A stretch of 64,000 bases of DNA from the NCBI GenBank assembly GCA_002633005.1, contig NMRA01000706.1:90197-154196 (forward strand), written 5' to 3'. The translations under genes and the position numbers were made by a program. Shown piece by piece: positions 34,981 through 48,900 of the stretch (the first letter of the stretch is position 1; each line of letters starts with the position of its first letter). This DNA comes from Phoronis australis (taxonomy: Eukaryota > Animalia > Phoronida). A model generated the notes under the pieces. It had not been told where the DNA came from, ran no database searches, and saw only the letters and a program-made list of their open reading frames with translations.

Positions 34981-35280
34981 ATGGCTGGAGTCGGTGACCC
35001 GTATCACAGTGACAGTAGTGTGAGTGACGGAAACCTTGTTCACAGCAGTGGTGACTAGGAATTTTTTCACGGACATTCAGTGGGTGGGTACATGTTTGTG
35101 CCCGAGTATAACGAGGCGGAGTACGCACAGGTACAGAGAGTAACGAGGCGGCTACTGAGGACAGACGTGGTGACATATCTTGGTGCAAATGCACTGTGTG
35201 CGTTGTTATGCCTACCTCAATGGAATGCTTGTGCTGTTCAGAGTTCGACGAGGCCAAGCCACTACTGGACATGGTTAAGT
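34981..35280 (+). pseudogene. Disrupted Cys-rich accessory (KolX/P2X7-ballast-like) ORF in copy 1
   Basis: Aligns to the open ORF at 57769-58164 but has GAG>TAG at about 35056 and a frameshifting deletion at about 35130. Confidence 0.7.
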
Positions 35281-36066
35281 GGACCTCCGGCATACCACGG
35301 ACAGAGGAACAACTGTCCCACTAGCCAGAGTGTTCCGCGACACACTCCCACTGGATATGGTAACCTGAGCACCCAAACTGCATACATCGTGTCGTGTGAC
35401 ACCCTCGCCACACACCTGGCACCTTCTAAATGGCTCCAACACTTTAGACAAGTCCAAAATAAACTTATCAAAGTTTTGCTCACCGATCTGTTCACTGGAC
35501 GACGAACTGTCCTCTTCACTGGGTGTCGAACTGAGCTTGTAATCACTCCCACTACTCAATATCGCTGCAGGGCTGCTTAGAGCCTCTGGGCTAGAGAAAA
35601 CCGCACAGGGCGAATCACTACTAGTTCCAGGAATTGCACGCTCTGGGGTACGTTCGGAGGCACGGGTGACAGTAGATGAAGTGCCTCCACTGGCTCCAGT
35701 CACTGTACTGGCCACAGCTCCCGAGGCTTCTCGCTTCAAAAACGCACTTCTCGGGGGTGGCGACGGGGCACTGCCGGGAATCAGCACAGACGGAATGGCA
35801 TCCTTCTTCAGACGTTGTTTCGCAGGGACGTTCTTCAGTTCAGCGTACAAATCCCTTTCGTAATTGGACAGCAGAGAGTGCTTGTCACACACACGGTAAT
35901 TCTCCACTGCTTTGCACGTTGCGTGGACGGGTAACGCCGCGTTCTTCACACCAACGAGCCAAGTACGGCGAAGTGTGTCATCCATCGGAAAGCGATGCAA
36001 AGGTACTCCAAAAGCGCGCGTGAGCCGATAACTAGTACATCCTGGTACGCAGCAACAGTGTGGCAT
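35275..36066 (-). CDS. THAP-domain ORF (truncated transposase N-terminus, 263 aa; frameshifted near its end)
   Basis: MPHCCCVPGC...LHRFP...RRTW...VCDKH...LKKDAIPS fits the THAP C2CH core plus AVPTIF-like box, followed by KFILDLSKVLEPFRRCQVC. No DDE core. Expression is unknown. Confidence 0.7.
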   Translation of the reverse strand: MPHCCCVPGCTSYRLTRAFGVPLHRFPMDDTLRRTWLVGVKNAALPVHATCKAVENYRVCDKHSLLSNYERDLYAELKNVPAKQRLKKDAIPSVLIPGSAPSPPPRSAFLKREASGAVASTVTGASGGTSSTVTRASERTPERAIPGTSSDSPCAVFSSPEALSSPAAILSSGSDYKLSSTPSEEDSSSSSEQIGEQNFDKFILDLSKVLEPFRRCQVCGEGVTRHDVCSLGAQVTISSGSVSRNTLASGTVVPLSVVCRRST

Positions 36067-39000
36067 GTTGACTGACTAGTAAATGAAAGCAAACGACGAC
36101 GGAACTTAACACAAGCGAGGTAGAACAATGATTGACTCGGAAGCTCTCATAGTCAGACTATATGAAAAGAAATTGGCTCGAAATGCTTGCCTCCTAAAAC
36201 GTCACTTCCGGAGTAGCGGACGAGTAATTAATAAAATTACGAAAAGCTGTAATTAAGTGGAAAATATGTCTAGGATAACCAACCAACCTTATTTTAGCTC
36301 AAAATGACATAGAAAAAGGTTGCCTTCACCTTTAATCTGTAAGTTTCTCGTAGAGCAAGTTTTACATGGGTTGCACGTGATTGATCGGTTAAGACATCTA
36401 ATTGGTTTATAGTCAGGAAGTGCTCATTGAAAACCAAGCAAATGACCAAAGTAAGAATTTGGCATCTTTCTCTCCAAAATAATAAATTCACGATGTCCCC
36501 AGTCCTGCAGTGGGAACAAAATTCATCTGGATTCCAGAAAGTTAGGCTGCAATATCATTATCAACCAGATTGTTTTCCAATTTCCATTTGTCTGAAGTGT
36601 ACCCATTTTTTCAGCAAAAATTTCTTTCACAACAAGGAAATACTTTCAGAACAGCCAAGTGACTGGACTTTTTTACTTAAAAGAACTTCAAAGCCCCTGT
36701 GAATACCAGTGGTATCATTCACTCTTATTTCCATCAAACCTGGCCCGACACATCTTTTACATTTTGTCGGAGCTACAGAGGCCAGAACTATGGGTTTGAC
36801 AAAATGAGCCTGTCGTCACAAAGCTGCAACAGCTTTTCTACAATTTTGTGAGCAGGCCAAGTGAAAATGGAAGCTTCCGACAAAATAATCCAAAACACTT
36901 GTAATATTTTGCATATTCTATTCTTAAGTCAGCTTCGGTGTCGGTTTTACCGCATAATTTATTATGTAGGTGAATTTCAGCATTTTTCAGGTATTTTTAA
37001 GCTTTGACTTTGCTTGATAACATCAGTGTCTACATAGCTTATATGACAGGTTATCTTAACGAAACGACCCTTGTTGAGTACAGTTTTCTCGTAGCTAAAA
37101 CATGAGACTATGTATGAAATTAATAACTTATGTCAAGCCTGTCCTTATCTACGGCTCCACATTGTCATCGTGTTATTGTTCAGAAAACATAAAGTCGCAT
37201 TTTGTGTAAACAGAGATAAATCAAAGGCTGTATTCCTTGTTCGTAATACATTAACTTGTACTTGCGGTCGAAAATCTTCGCTTATTCCGTAACTACATAT
37301 TCCAACTACGCCGACCAATCGCTTAATCAGTGGCAACTGCTTTGGTAGCATATGCTAGCATGATCTCGACTATACCCGCGAACCAGTCACCTTATTGTTT
37401 CCCATTCGTGATCTTGCAAAGGTCTTGGGAGGTCTTTTTTTCTCGCATGTGAGGAAACTTGGTTTTGTACGTTCACAGTTTGAAACCTAGATGTGCTGGT
37501 AGAGAGGAGCTCGGGTCGTATATTGCATAAAGTTTACTTTGTTGCAGACTCAGATTATACTATTCTTATTTCAGTCAGTAAAGTTCTGTTAAAAGGAATG
37601 TTGTCTGCGAGAAGGTGCTTCTGGAGGTAATTTGGTATGTTTAAGTTACTTTTGGTGTTGTGCTATAGTTGTTTTTAGTGAAACCGGAAACGTGAGGACA
37701 TGACTAGGTCGCATTATGCAATCACTGCTGATTACCTGAATCAATGCTTTATTAGATTTATTACCTTTTAAAGGCGTCATTTTTTTAAGTCACGTGGTAG
37801 TTTATCATGTAGCAGCGCTGGGACTGAAACTGGAAAGAACGCTCAACAATGGGGCAAATTTATCGGAACAGAACTACGAGAGGACGCACCTTGCTCGGCG
37901 GGACTGGTGGGCATTTTCGGACCTCGTGCATTGCGTCACATCTGATTTGAGTTATTCCATGTAATTCATTTCTACAGAAATCGACTATAAAGGCTTTAAA
38001 TACCATTTATACTACGTAAGGTGTGTCAAAAATGACAGAGAAACACCTTTGAAAAACCAGTGTCACCATTTAAAACTAGTTTACTCTGAATTTTGTAGCC
38101 TAGACTCGCCCACTAACTTTTATTAAAAAGTCCAAACCACAAATAAGTTACCATTGCAGTCACGATTTTATTTCCATAATTTTACATTTCCAGATAAATG
38201 CGCAAAATCACATTAAATTTGGTTCTGAAAATCAACCCAAAAATCCAGTGAACAGCAAATTCTTCATGGTTTATAAAATCATGATTTTATAGCTAAGGTT
38301 AAATTATCAAGAGTCTTATGCAGTAAATTTTGTGTACTCACGTATAGCGCAGAATGACGCGCTAAACGGTTTGACTGGAAAAGCCATCTTTGTCCTTCTT
38401 CGGTCTTGTCGGTACTGCGAGCGCCGTGGTGTTTGCCACAAATCCCCAAGTCTTTAATTTGATTTTGGGGTTCGGTAGTCACACCGCCATTGTTATTCTA
38501 AAATAGTGCATCCAATTACATGACGAGAGGATCAGGACATTGCTATCGATCCGATAAGTTGTGAATATGATGTCCTGTCATCGCGAGATAAGATACGGTC
38601 TCCATAGGCGGCGCAAAACAGTACAAATGTTTGTTAGCGACGGGGATTATTATACGTGAAAATCTGTAAAATTTTATTCCGAATGGAAAGCCTGATCGGA
38701 ATTTTCTATGAACAAGCATGTCTGATCATTCATATAAAATTCTGTAAGTCGTACCAAACAAAGTCTTCGTTTGGATATGCGGCCAGTTACACCCAGTAAC
38801 CCAATGATACAGATTGTTGTCGCATAAATGTTAAAATTTCGTGTTCCATACTGTACATGTTCATGTACATGTATATTGTGCCCATTTTGTCATTTGCTGT
38901 ATCTGATGAAGCGATTTGAACCGATAATGCTGAGCAAGAATAGACACAAAATGTCGCGATTCACTTGGTCTGTGACAGATTCTGTTCCAGTTTAATTTGA

Positions 39001-41984
39001 ACAAACACTGTTTACAGGTTTAGGCACAAGTGATAACATCGTTGTTTGACATATCACATGGATGTCACTTGTCTTTATTTGCTATCCGACGAAGGTGTAC
39101 ATATCCAATTTGCAGGATAAAGACTGCCCCGGTTATTCCTGAAGAGGGACCGTCAAGGATTTTTTACCCTTCATAGCCACCATCGTTTCTGTTTCAGATA
39201 AGGCTAAAAATCTTAGTTGGTTCTGGTCTCTACCCAGGCTCAAGACATTTTGACACTTGCTCTCACTGACTAAAAAATGCCCGCCCTGCATCAATCTCAG
39301 CCATGGTTTGGTGTTTTTTTCGTTTTAATTGGCACATACATGTAAGCATAGGTAAGCAAGGTTTGAAATGCCATGATTTCCCGAGAGATGACTAAAAAAT
39401 CCTGCCTCAGTTTTTTCCGTCTCGGGAGGTTTTTACTTTTTGGAGAAAGTGAGAAATTAAATATACAGCACGGCCGACTCCCTTTTTAACAAAACCAGTG
39501 CCTTGAGCCGAGATTTAATCATTTTACTAGACATCGAACTCCAAAATACATTTGTCATTTTCTTCTCTTTAAAGATAATTGCTTCATTGTCCTGCGCTTG
39601 GGTATATTATAAACTATGCAAACTACTGTGTAGTACGAATTCACACTTGGTGATTCCTATATTCGAGTTACAACTTTTACTGCAAACTCGATAGTTCGAG
39701 TTCAGACTCCAACGGATAGCTTAAACGCTGGGGTAATCAAGTGCAAATAGGATTACACAGATCTCCACCTAAACCATAATATACTCAACCACAGGATACA
39801 AGGCAATTATCGTGTATTCGTGCTAAAGTAGAACGGATTTTTTTTAAAACAACTTCAATCAACTAAAAATATTAGATCTGCGGTCCAGAGCCAGCTGTTT
39901 TTCTCCAAAACTATGAAACACGTGTGATAATAAGAGAAAGAATTCTTGGAAACCCTAATGATAATTTGTAAAAAGTAACACGTTCGACAGCGAAATGAGA
40001 ATGTTGTTTGAATCGCTCTCATAGGAAGATGACAAAAAGAAGTTTACAAAATAACGGTTTGAAGCAATGAAAAAACGACCCTAGTCTAATTGGAGTTGCC
40101 TTAGGCTTAATTTTAGGCCTGGGTTCGTTTTGGCTTTCAGGGATCAACTGATAACTCGTGCTACTAAATCTATACATCACAAACAATGTACAAATCGTGG
40201 GGAATCATCAAGACGCTATGACGTTAGAACAGGGTTACAAAAAGCATTACGTATTCCCGGATTGAGTTCAGCATCCGGGGAATCTCAAATAGTAAGCACC
40301 ATGGTTCATATTCGGAAAAAGGCATTTTATTATGTTTTACCTTGCTCTAATTATATGCCAGGGCCTAACTAATAATTGTAATAAGAAAACCAAGAGTTTA
40401 TGGTATGTCAATGGCACTGCTAATTTGCTTTGTAAGTTGTTGAGGTAAAAAGGTCCATGTCGCTCTGTTCAGCTGGCTGTGAAACGAAAGGCAGCTTGGA
40501 GGCATCTATTCTTATGAAATCGTGATAGCATTCTATTTCCGTTACCAACAAGAATATCGAAACCATCAGCGACTCAACAAAACGGTTTAGACTTTATTTG
40601 GCGTTTGTCAAAACTAAAATTGCGGAAATGGCGAAATGTTTCGTTTAATTATTTTACATTGGCAGCTGAACAGGGGCAAAATGCAGCTTTAATGGTGTCC
40701 TGTTTCTCATCTAGCCTCGCTTTTCTTTCACATGGAAACCCTGCAAGTCAAGGACCTCGCTAATAATCAAAACTTCGCGTGATAAGTTGAAGTTTGCCAG
40801 TGTATCTATATTTGGTGGAGGTCTGTGTGAGTAAATTTCCGGTAACTAGGTGTTGATAGTGACACCCATTGAGAAGCACAGTTACTAATTTGCTTGTCCT
40901 TATGAAGTTACGGAGTCTCTTGAGCAATATGGCCGCCGGTTCAGTATTCTCCTAGCATTACAGATGCAATTGTTTTGAAATCAGAAGACGTGCAGTTTTA
41001 TCTAGTGATAATAGTTCGCTATATCAAGTCACGTTGCAAATGGTCAAGAGTAATTTGGTGCAATAAGTTTACCAGAGCACAATTTTCATTTTTGGCTTTG
41101 AGCTATTCAGCAGTAGGCACTGAGAGGCTATTGACTGCAAGGCAACTTGCGCATATTCGATACCCGAAAATGTATATATCGTTAATTACCGCTACTTGGA
41201 GTGATTCTTTATCGATAATCGTATGCAGGATCCGGACAAAATTGTTCTGACTGGTTGGATCAAATAAAGCTTGGCGATGAAAACGATTTTGTCTGACAGG
41301 CACAGTACCCCACAAGTTATCAAGAAGTTAGATCTATCTGTGATTTGGGAAAAGTGAGACCCCAGGTCCAGATTTTCACTTTTTGTAGTTTAAGAATTGC
41401 ACTCCAAAACAAACAACAAAGGGTCCTTTTAACTCAGATAGAACACACAACATTTCACAATGACCAAATCCTACCCACCTCCCTCTGTAAACAATAATAT
41501 TGCGTTATATTGCGTCACGATCATTGATGGGCAGATGTGATGTCACGCAGCCGTTGTTAGAGCCGAGTATGGCGAATAACGTTGACTTTTGAAATTCAAA
41601 TTAAACCGATTTTTGTGCGCTATAGATCTGCATGGTAACGCATCATGAGTATGGAAATACACAACACCACAGTGTCCTTGTACTATCTAAAAATTATTGC
41701 CCAAAAATCAATCGGTGCCCCAAAAATGTCTGAAACGTTGTTGAGGAACTCCATGCACCTGCAAGTACATCCGAAGTAATACTTTTTCTTGATACTTTTA
41801 AGCTGGCGTATGGACTTCAATGAGTGCATATGCGATAGTCGAATTTGTCTAAGGTATCAAATGTTAGGTTGAAATGTACGTTTATACATTATTATATTTC
41901 ATAAAATAATTTTAGAGCCAATTGGATGTCGCTTGGACGCACTCATTCAGAAGAATTCGTAAATTATTGACATTTGGGACGACT

Positions 41985-42065
41985 AAAACAACAACAACAA
42001 CAACAACATTACTAACAACAACCATAGCAACATCAATAACAACAGCAGCAACAACAACAACAACA
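41985..42065. repeat. (AAC)n degenerate microsatellite
   Basis: Direct inspection. Confidence 0.85.
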
Positions 42066-42914
42066 TGAGAAGGACAACATATGACTACAGTTTTATTGTC
42101 CATGACTGCAGCACGCGTGTAAATTTAGTGAGCAAAATTCAAAACAAACATCAAGAAATGGCAATTTTGATATTTAAACATTACCCTGACCGCAATAGAA
42201 ACACAATTTACCTCATAACTTCTAAATAGTATTTCATCCGATACAAACTGAATATAACCTTCAAACTCGTTTCTGCAACCACAATTTTATTATACTACAT
42301 AAAAACATATCAGATATCAGACATTATCATCTCATTTCTGAAAGCTGTAACCTACAAAATCTATAAGTTCAAGTAATAGAAAAATACAACACCCTAATGC
42401 CGACATACAATTAAAAGAGAACAATATTGGATTGACAAATAAGAGACCCAGGAAGCAAATTGATTAAACAAAAAACTTACATTTCTATCCTCTTACGTTT
42501 TTCTTTCTGATGTCATACCAATCAAGATCTGACGTTACGCTATATATCATCTTTCACTTATTAACTATCAGTTCACGTTAGGTTACATTGTTTTTTTTTC
42601 CGTTTTTTTGACAAAAGATATTTTAATATTCAAAAATCTCAAAATCGTTATTTTTGTTCATCTTTCTATTTTACAATTATGCCGGCAAAATTATGGATCG
42701 TGGTTACCTCATTAGGTACAGATTTGTATAATCATCTAAGAATTAGATAAAATACAAACAACCTCAAACAAAGAATGGGGATTGAACATTTTACCAATAT
42801 CTAAAAGGTGTGGCTAAGATCAGCCTCCCAACTAGCTGTGCTTACACTAGCGGCAAAATATAGCTAAGGGATGATGCGCGAAAAACTTAAGTAATCTTCG
42901 AATTAAAAAACCAC

Positions 42915-43818
42915 CTGGATAGCTCTTCTCGTCACCTCGTTATGAAACTTACATCAACATGTAATGCAATCGACCAGACGGGGTTTATTCAAGATCTGGG
43001 AGTCAATCAACATTCACCTTGCCCGTTACAGCTGTTAAAGTGAACTAATGAACGTCATTTTTTGCTTCACTTTTCCGCTTTTGTAAAAAGAAAAGTATGT
43101 CGTCGACTTCAAAACAAAATTATCCTGACGTCCTCAATTTCTGCGAGATTTTGGGAAAAGGCGACATCGCCGAAGCAAAATTTTCTCAGAAATCAAACTT
43201 GCTGGAAATAAACGCATAAGTCATGTGCAACCAATCCCCGTAACTTGTTCAGGGCCCGGTCTCCAATCTTTATACTCGAAATGGAACTCGAAGTTAGGTT
43301 TGGCAGTTTGTACTAAACTTTTGGGCGAACTCAAGATGAGATAAGTGTCTATTATTCTATGCTCGAGTACACAATAACTTACGTAGATAATTTATTGCCC
43401 TTAGTTCACAGTTTGTAAACCCAATATTAAAGCAATAAGTTTGAGTTTGAACTCGAAATTTCGAGTTTTTACTCGAGTTTGTAGCACGAATATAAGGGTC
43501 TTCAAGGGGAAACTTGAACTAGAAACTCCTATGCATAAACTATAATGTATTCGAGCACAGTCTGATATACAATTATCTTAAGTTCGCACAAAAGGAGCAG
43601 AGAAATTGCCAAAAAATAGTTTCGAGTTCGTTTCGAGTACAAAGATTAGAGACCGGGCCCTGGACAGTACACAGTAGAATAACGGAACAACGGCAATTTT
43701 TAGTACCAGCTAACCATTTGCTTTACTGCTGGAAAAGTGTACGTTTCAACGACACAAGTTTAGTATCAGATTTGATTTGACCATATGTTTACCCACATCG
43801 TTCCACAACTTCATATTT
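42915..43818. mobile_element. Partial diverged copy of the right arm of the 43822-45111 element, interrupted by a Harbinger MITE
   Basis: Shares gtcacc...tgaaactta.atcaacatgta, caccttgcccgttacagc, agaataacgg and ttacccacatcg with 44445-45062. Confidence 0.65.
43253..43659. mobile_element. PIF/Harbinger-type MITE, copy 2 (407 bp)
   Basis: Near-identical to 2224-2623; flanks are CAG and CTG (CWG target). Confidence 0.85.
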
Positions 43819-43821
43819 GTA

Positions 43822-45111
43822 CAGTTAGCCTTGGTGCAAAGCTGTTTACTAAATATACAGCTTTGCGCCGATGTAGGTAAAAATTGGCCAAATGAAAATG
43901 TGACACAAAATTAAGGAATGTCATCAAAATTTACACTTCACTTTGAGTAAACTAAATTATCTTCCGGTGTTAGAAATATTGACGTTTTACCGTTATTCTC
44001 CTACTAAAGCTGTGGAGCTTTCTTATGCGCCGCCATGAAATATGGCGTACGCTAACCTATTGGCCATTTTCTTCTTTGCCGATTCTCCATTCATTTGTTC
44101 TTCTTTCACGAGTTTGCGTACATATCACAACAAATTATCAGAACTAGTTTCCTTTCGTTGTCAGATTTTAGCATTTCAACATCAGCAAACCGAATTTCAA
44201 AACAAACTTTGCTGCTGCGAAGGTGCCGTCATCTCCTGCACTGTATATATTAATATAAGTTTCACGACGAGGTGACGAGCAGAACTACCAGGGCTGTGTG
44301 AAATTTCAGGGTCTAACGGAGATCAACATACATTGGTGCCTAGCCAGCCAGCAAGCTGTGAAGACTATCGTCAATATACAGCTAGAAAACCCTGTATGTT
44401 GAGCTCCGTTACACCCCGAAATTTCACAGTACCCGGTTACTTCTGCTAGTCACCCCATCGTGAAACTTATATCAACATGTAGAGCGAACGACTTGCCGGA
44501 GTGCACGCAAAATCTGGTAGTCAACCGACACTCACCTTGCCCGTTACAGCCGCTTAAGTGAAAAAAAATCTAATAAACGTCATTTTCTTGTATAATTCTC
44601 CGCCATTTGCAACAAAGAAAAGTGTGTTGTCGTTTTGAAAACAGTATGCTCGGGACATGCGCCTTTTCATAAATTCTTTGCAACATCTCTCGGGAGATGA
44701 TGGCAGCCACTGAAATTTGTTCTGAAATTTTGTTTGCTGATAGCAAAATACAATAAACTTGTAACTAAATGAAACTAGTTCCGATGATTTGTTGTGACAT
44801 GTACGCAACCTCGTGGAAGAAAAGAACAGGTGATTGAAGAATCAGGGATTAAAGAAACTGGCCAATATGTGACGCAATATTTCATGTCGCCAAAAGCCGA
44901 AGTAAAAGATCACACCGCAATTTTAGCAGCAGAATAACGGTAGAACACCAATTTTTTCAACACCGGCAAATAATTTAATTTACTCAAGGAAGGGTGTACA
45001 TGTAATTTTTAATGTCATTAATTTTGTGTCGGATTTTATTTGGTCAGTTTTTACCCACATCGGTGCAAAGTTTGTATATTTATTATTCAGTTTTGCCCCA
45101 AGGCTAAATGG
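43822..45111. mobile_element. ~1.3-kb palindromic (foldback) non-autonomous Tc1/mariner-like element
   Basis: TA|CAGTTAGCCTTGGTGCAAAGCTG...CAGTTTTGCCCCAAGGCTAAATGG|TA. The arms pair inward in blocks to a centre near 44365. Confidence 0.75.
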
Positions 45112-45947
45112 TACCTAGCGGTATTTTGATGACAGTCTTCAGACAGCTAGCACACTCTCTAATCTATGATCTACCAAATGGATTTCTACATAATATATCC
45201 TAGTCTTTGTGGACAACCACTGTTAAATAGAGGCAAGATACCATACGCACCTATATTCTAGGAATTATTGTCAACCAAAAGTAGTTTACATAACATTTTA
45301 GTATCCGCTGAGTTTAATTTCTTCCAAATGACGGTTCTACGGATAGCGTGTGACGTAAAGCAAACGAAGAATTGTGGGATAGCCGCCAAGCAATCCCATG
45401 CGCCTACATGTTCTCGCGGGTCAGAATCTATCGCATGATTACATCTTGCTGGGAAGGTAGTCACTTGAGCAGTCACTGGCTCCGTATGCACGGAAAACAA
45501 ACCACTCAGTTGTGGAGAATGAAATTAATCTCACAATGCAATTGTAAAGTGTAAAAAGAACCCCAGTGTAGTGCAAAGGCAATTAAATTTTGTCCTATGT
45601 TAATGAACAATGCATTTGTTTTTGTTTAGAGAGTTAATCCCCTTTTAATCACTTATAATCAATTTAAACCAGTTATCTGATTCGAAGTTATTATTGTTGT
45701 TTGAAGTTTGAGTGCACATTGGGTCACCCTGTATACAGAGTTTTTGGAGTTTTTCATGTTACGTTGCCATTGTTTCATAAATCAATCATTTTCTGCATTT
45801 TGCTTCTTCTGCCTTCTTCCGCGGGTACCATCAATAAGTCAATCCACCGAGAGTCTGAGAGACTGTAGACTCTAGACATGCCTGCCCTCTATTATCCAAC
45901 AGCCACTCTTCTGAGTAACGTGCAGCTCTCACGCAAGTATGTCAACA

Positions 45948-45983
45948 CTACGCCGTACTCGGCACCATAGCATACGCTTGGCC
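45948..45983 (-). CDS. MS4A-like terminal coding exon
   Basis: Strong pyrimidine tract, tcacag|GQAYAMVPSTA*. Confidence 0.6.
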   Translation of the reverse strand, partial: GQAYAMVPSTA

Positions 45984-48900
45984 CTGTGACAAGAAGGGAA
46001 AAATGGTCTGAGTTATTAAACAGTAACTAGTACCAACAAACGCAAACAAACATAGTGAGACACGATTTATAAGTTCTGTCACTGAGGAGAATTTCATGAA
46101 CTCTTACAACGAATTGTCACGCATCATCCGTACATGTACATTAACAATCGATGGACGTGGGTAACTAAAAACGTGCTAACACCATTGGACAACAAGGAGC
46201 TAAATTGTTTTTTATGTTGAAGCTGGAAAAAGGTGCTTTGATTACAGATTCACGCATTAAATGCTTCACAGGTCCAGGGCCTGGGGTCTAATCCTTTTAC
46301 TCACAGCCGATACTATTTTTATAATTGTCTATTCTACTTCAAACTCATAAAAGTGTCTTATTATTCTATGCTTGAGTTCATACTAGCTTACGTGGATAAC
46401 TTTCTCATTCCAGTTTGCACTTGATGACCAGTTTTCAATCAAGTTTGTATACGAATATAGGGGTCATCAGGTGCAAAACTGGACTTGAAACTCATAATGA
46501 ATCATAATGTACTCGAGCACAGATTAATAGCCATATCTTGAGTTAACACAAAAAGGAGAATAGAAAGTACCAAATCTATTTTCTAGTTCGATTATTTGAC
46601 CACGGCCCCAGAGTTCTACCTGTGTACTCAAAATCGAAATACAGTAATTTGTTGATATTCTCAGATCTATACTTTTTGCTATTTCAAGATATTATAAGTT
46701 TCTATCATTCAATCATCTAGTACAGTATAATTTACGTATATGTCCATCTAATACTAGCTTTCACTTGACGATCCCATAATCTAAGTTATAAGTTGAAATC
46801 TGAACTCGAAATCTCGAGTTTTTGCTCAAATTCTCGAAATTTTCTTCGAAGTTGTAGCTCGGACCTAGAGATCTTCGCATGCCAGCAAGGATTAGAAACT
46901 TTTCTACGTAACCAATTATGTCCTCCTGTTCTGTACATTAAACACATATCTAGGATAAAAGTAGACCAGACAATGTCAGAAATGAAAGCGCTCCTGTGGA
47001 GAGACCCTTAACGAAATGGACTGAAAATGAGTGTAAAGACGAAGGCAGCAACAAAGAGGAGGACAGCGCCCACGACGGCAACGACGCAGCAGAGGCCAAC
47101 CTCAAAGACCATGACACTGATGACAACACTGACAGTGCTAGTAACATGGACTAAGACGACGACGCCGCCTTCAACACTTATGACGACTTTGGTCACCGAC
47201 AAAGACCGCGAATCTACAAATATTAACCACGAGTTTGACATGAAACGTCTGCCAAAGTTGACTATACCAAAAACGGCAACGTCGTCTACGACGATTTCAC
47301 CACAGTGCGCCTATGACACCGGCGAAGCCAAGGATGACAACGCCGACGACACTGCAACTGCCAGCACTGTCATCGCTATCCTTCATCATAATTTTATCGT
47401 CGTGATTGCAGTCATCGTCATCACAATAATCATCATCATCACTATCACCATATCACATCGAAACAAACAGAAATCAAAACTTGCAGAGCAAGATATAAGA
47501 AGGCGAGGCATGACTAGTCAATAAAATAACGGTCATCAGGAAGTCTCGAATGACTTGAGCCAGGAAAGCTGTATGCAAAAACGTATTCCACTCTTCACTT
47601 AACTCTTCACAAACAAACTTCTAAGTTAGGTGGCTCATAACACAGGAAACCGATCAATAAAAAAACAGTTCTTTGAAAATCTCGAATAACTGAAGCACGA
47701 TAAGTTATAGCGAGACGAGCTTGTCAAAGTTCCGTTAACTTTTGACAACAACTATCTATATACCGAATTTCAGACAAATCCGTTAATCAACAGCAGCAGA
47801 CGTAGAGCTCCGCGAACCAAAAATGTGAAACTGGCCCTCACATTGTCATCGTATGTCCAATTTCACTTCAAAACAGTAAATCGAGAGATGCAAAATTCTG
47901 CCTAAATTTCAGGTATCCGTGGTACTGTTCTGGAACTCTGGGCTGCTACTGCAAGCACTCCACCAACTTAGAAGCATCTGTTCCTTAGTCACCAGTAAAT
48001 ATCGAATAACTCGAAAGTAATAAATCGTTACAAGAAACAAATTTCACATTAAAAGTAGCGCTTGACCAGATCGATTCAAATACTCAGTTTCAGAAACATC
48101 CTTCAAAAGACGTCGAAGCTATGGCACGAGAAATCAATAACAAGCAGTCATCCAAAAATCTCGATTAACCCGAGAGTCGTAGCGAGTAAAGAACGAGAGA
48201 ATTCGAAAAATGGAAGCCATAACATTTTTTCGAGTTCGATCTCAACATAAAACAAAAGGGTCCAAAGTCTACCGTCCGAACTCGAAATCGAATTAATTTT
48301 CAAATTTTCTTTTCTACGTTTGTGCGAACTCAATATATAAGTCTATCAATCTGTATGCGAGTGTGATAGGGTCCAAGCAGATGAGATTTAAGCCCAAGTT
48401 TGCACTTGACCACTCCAGGATTCGAGATACAGATTTGAGTAAAAACTAGAGATTTTGAATAAAAATTCGAAATTTCGAGTTCTACCAATTCTTTTTCAGA
48501 AATTTCTGACTTGACTTAAGTCTTGCACTGCAAGCCACTTTCCATGAAACATGTCCCTTCACGGCAGAGTAATATACTTGGCGAATGCATTCCGTCAAGT
48601 AAAAATTTCGATTTATTTTGCGAGCTACAAAGGTTAGATCCAGGTCCTAGAAGTGAAAGCTCTTCATCAGTACATGGTGAGGAAAAATTGTTTAGTCTGA
48701 TCAAAGGTGATCATATCAAGCTATCTGCTAGTACACTTTCTTTGGATTTGAGTTACTTTGAAACAAATGTAGGTGTTCGAGGAGGAAAAAAGCGATTCGC
48801 AGACCATGGAAAGCAGCGACTCGCCTTCACAAGCAGATCACTAACCCAAAAAATCTATATCCACAACTTCGTGAACTGTGTCTTGAGTACGCAATTCGTG

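Larger units (their letters stand above)
34647..36331. mobile_element. Kolobok-type DNA transposon, internally deleted, copy 1 (1685 bp)
   Basis: TTAA TSD (34643-46 and 36332-35); termini AGG...CCT; ~150-bp TIRs; convergent THAP-transposase N-terminus (-) and Cys-rich accessory ORF remnant (+). Second copy at 57435-59129. Confidence 0.88.

Noticed and set aside
45300-45735. Possible Tc1/mariner 3' end (…CACCCTG|TA)
   Set aside because: No matching left TIR or recognisable DDE motif found.
47027-47524. 165-aa Thr-rich ORF
   Set aside because: Degenerate trinucleotide tract lying antisense within an MS4A-like intron; no domain.
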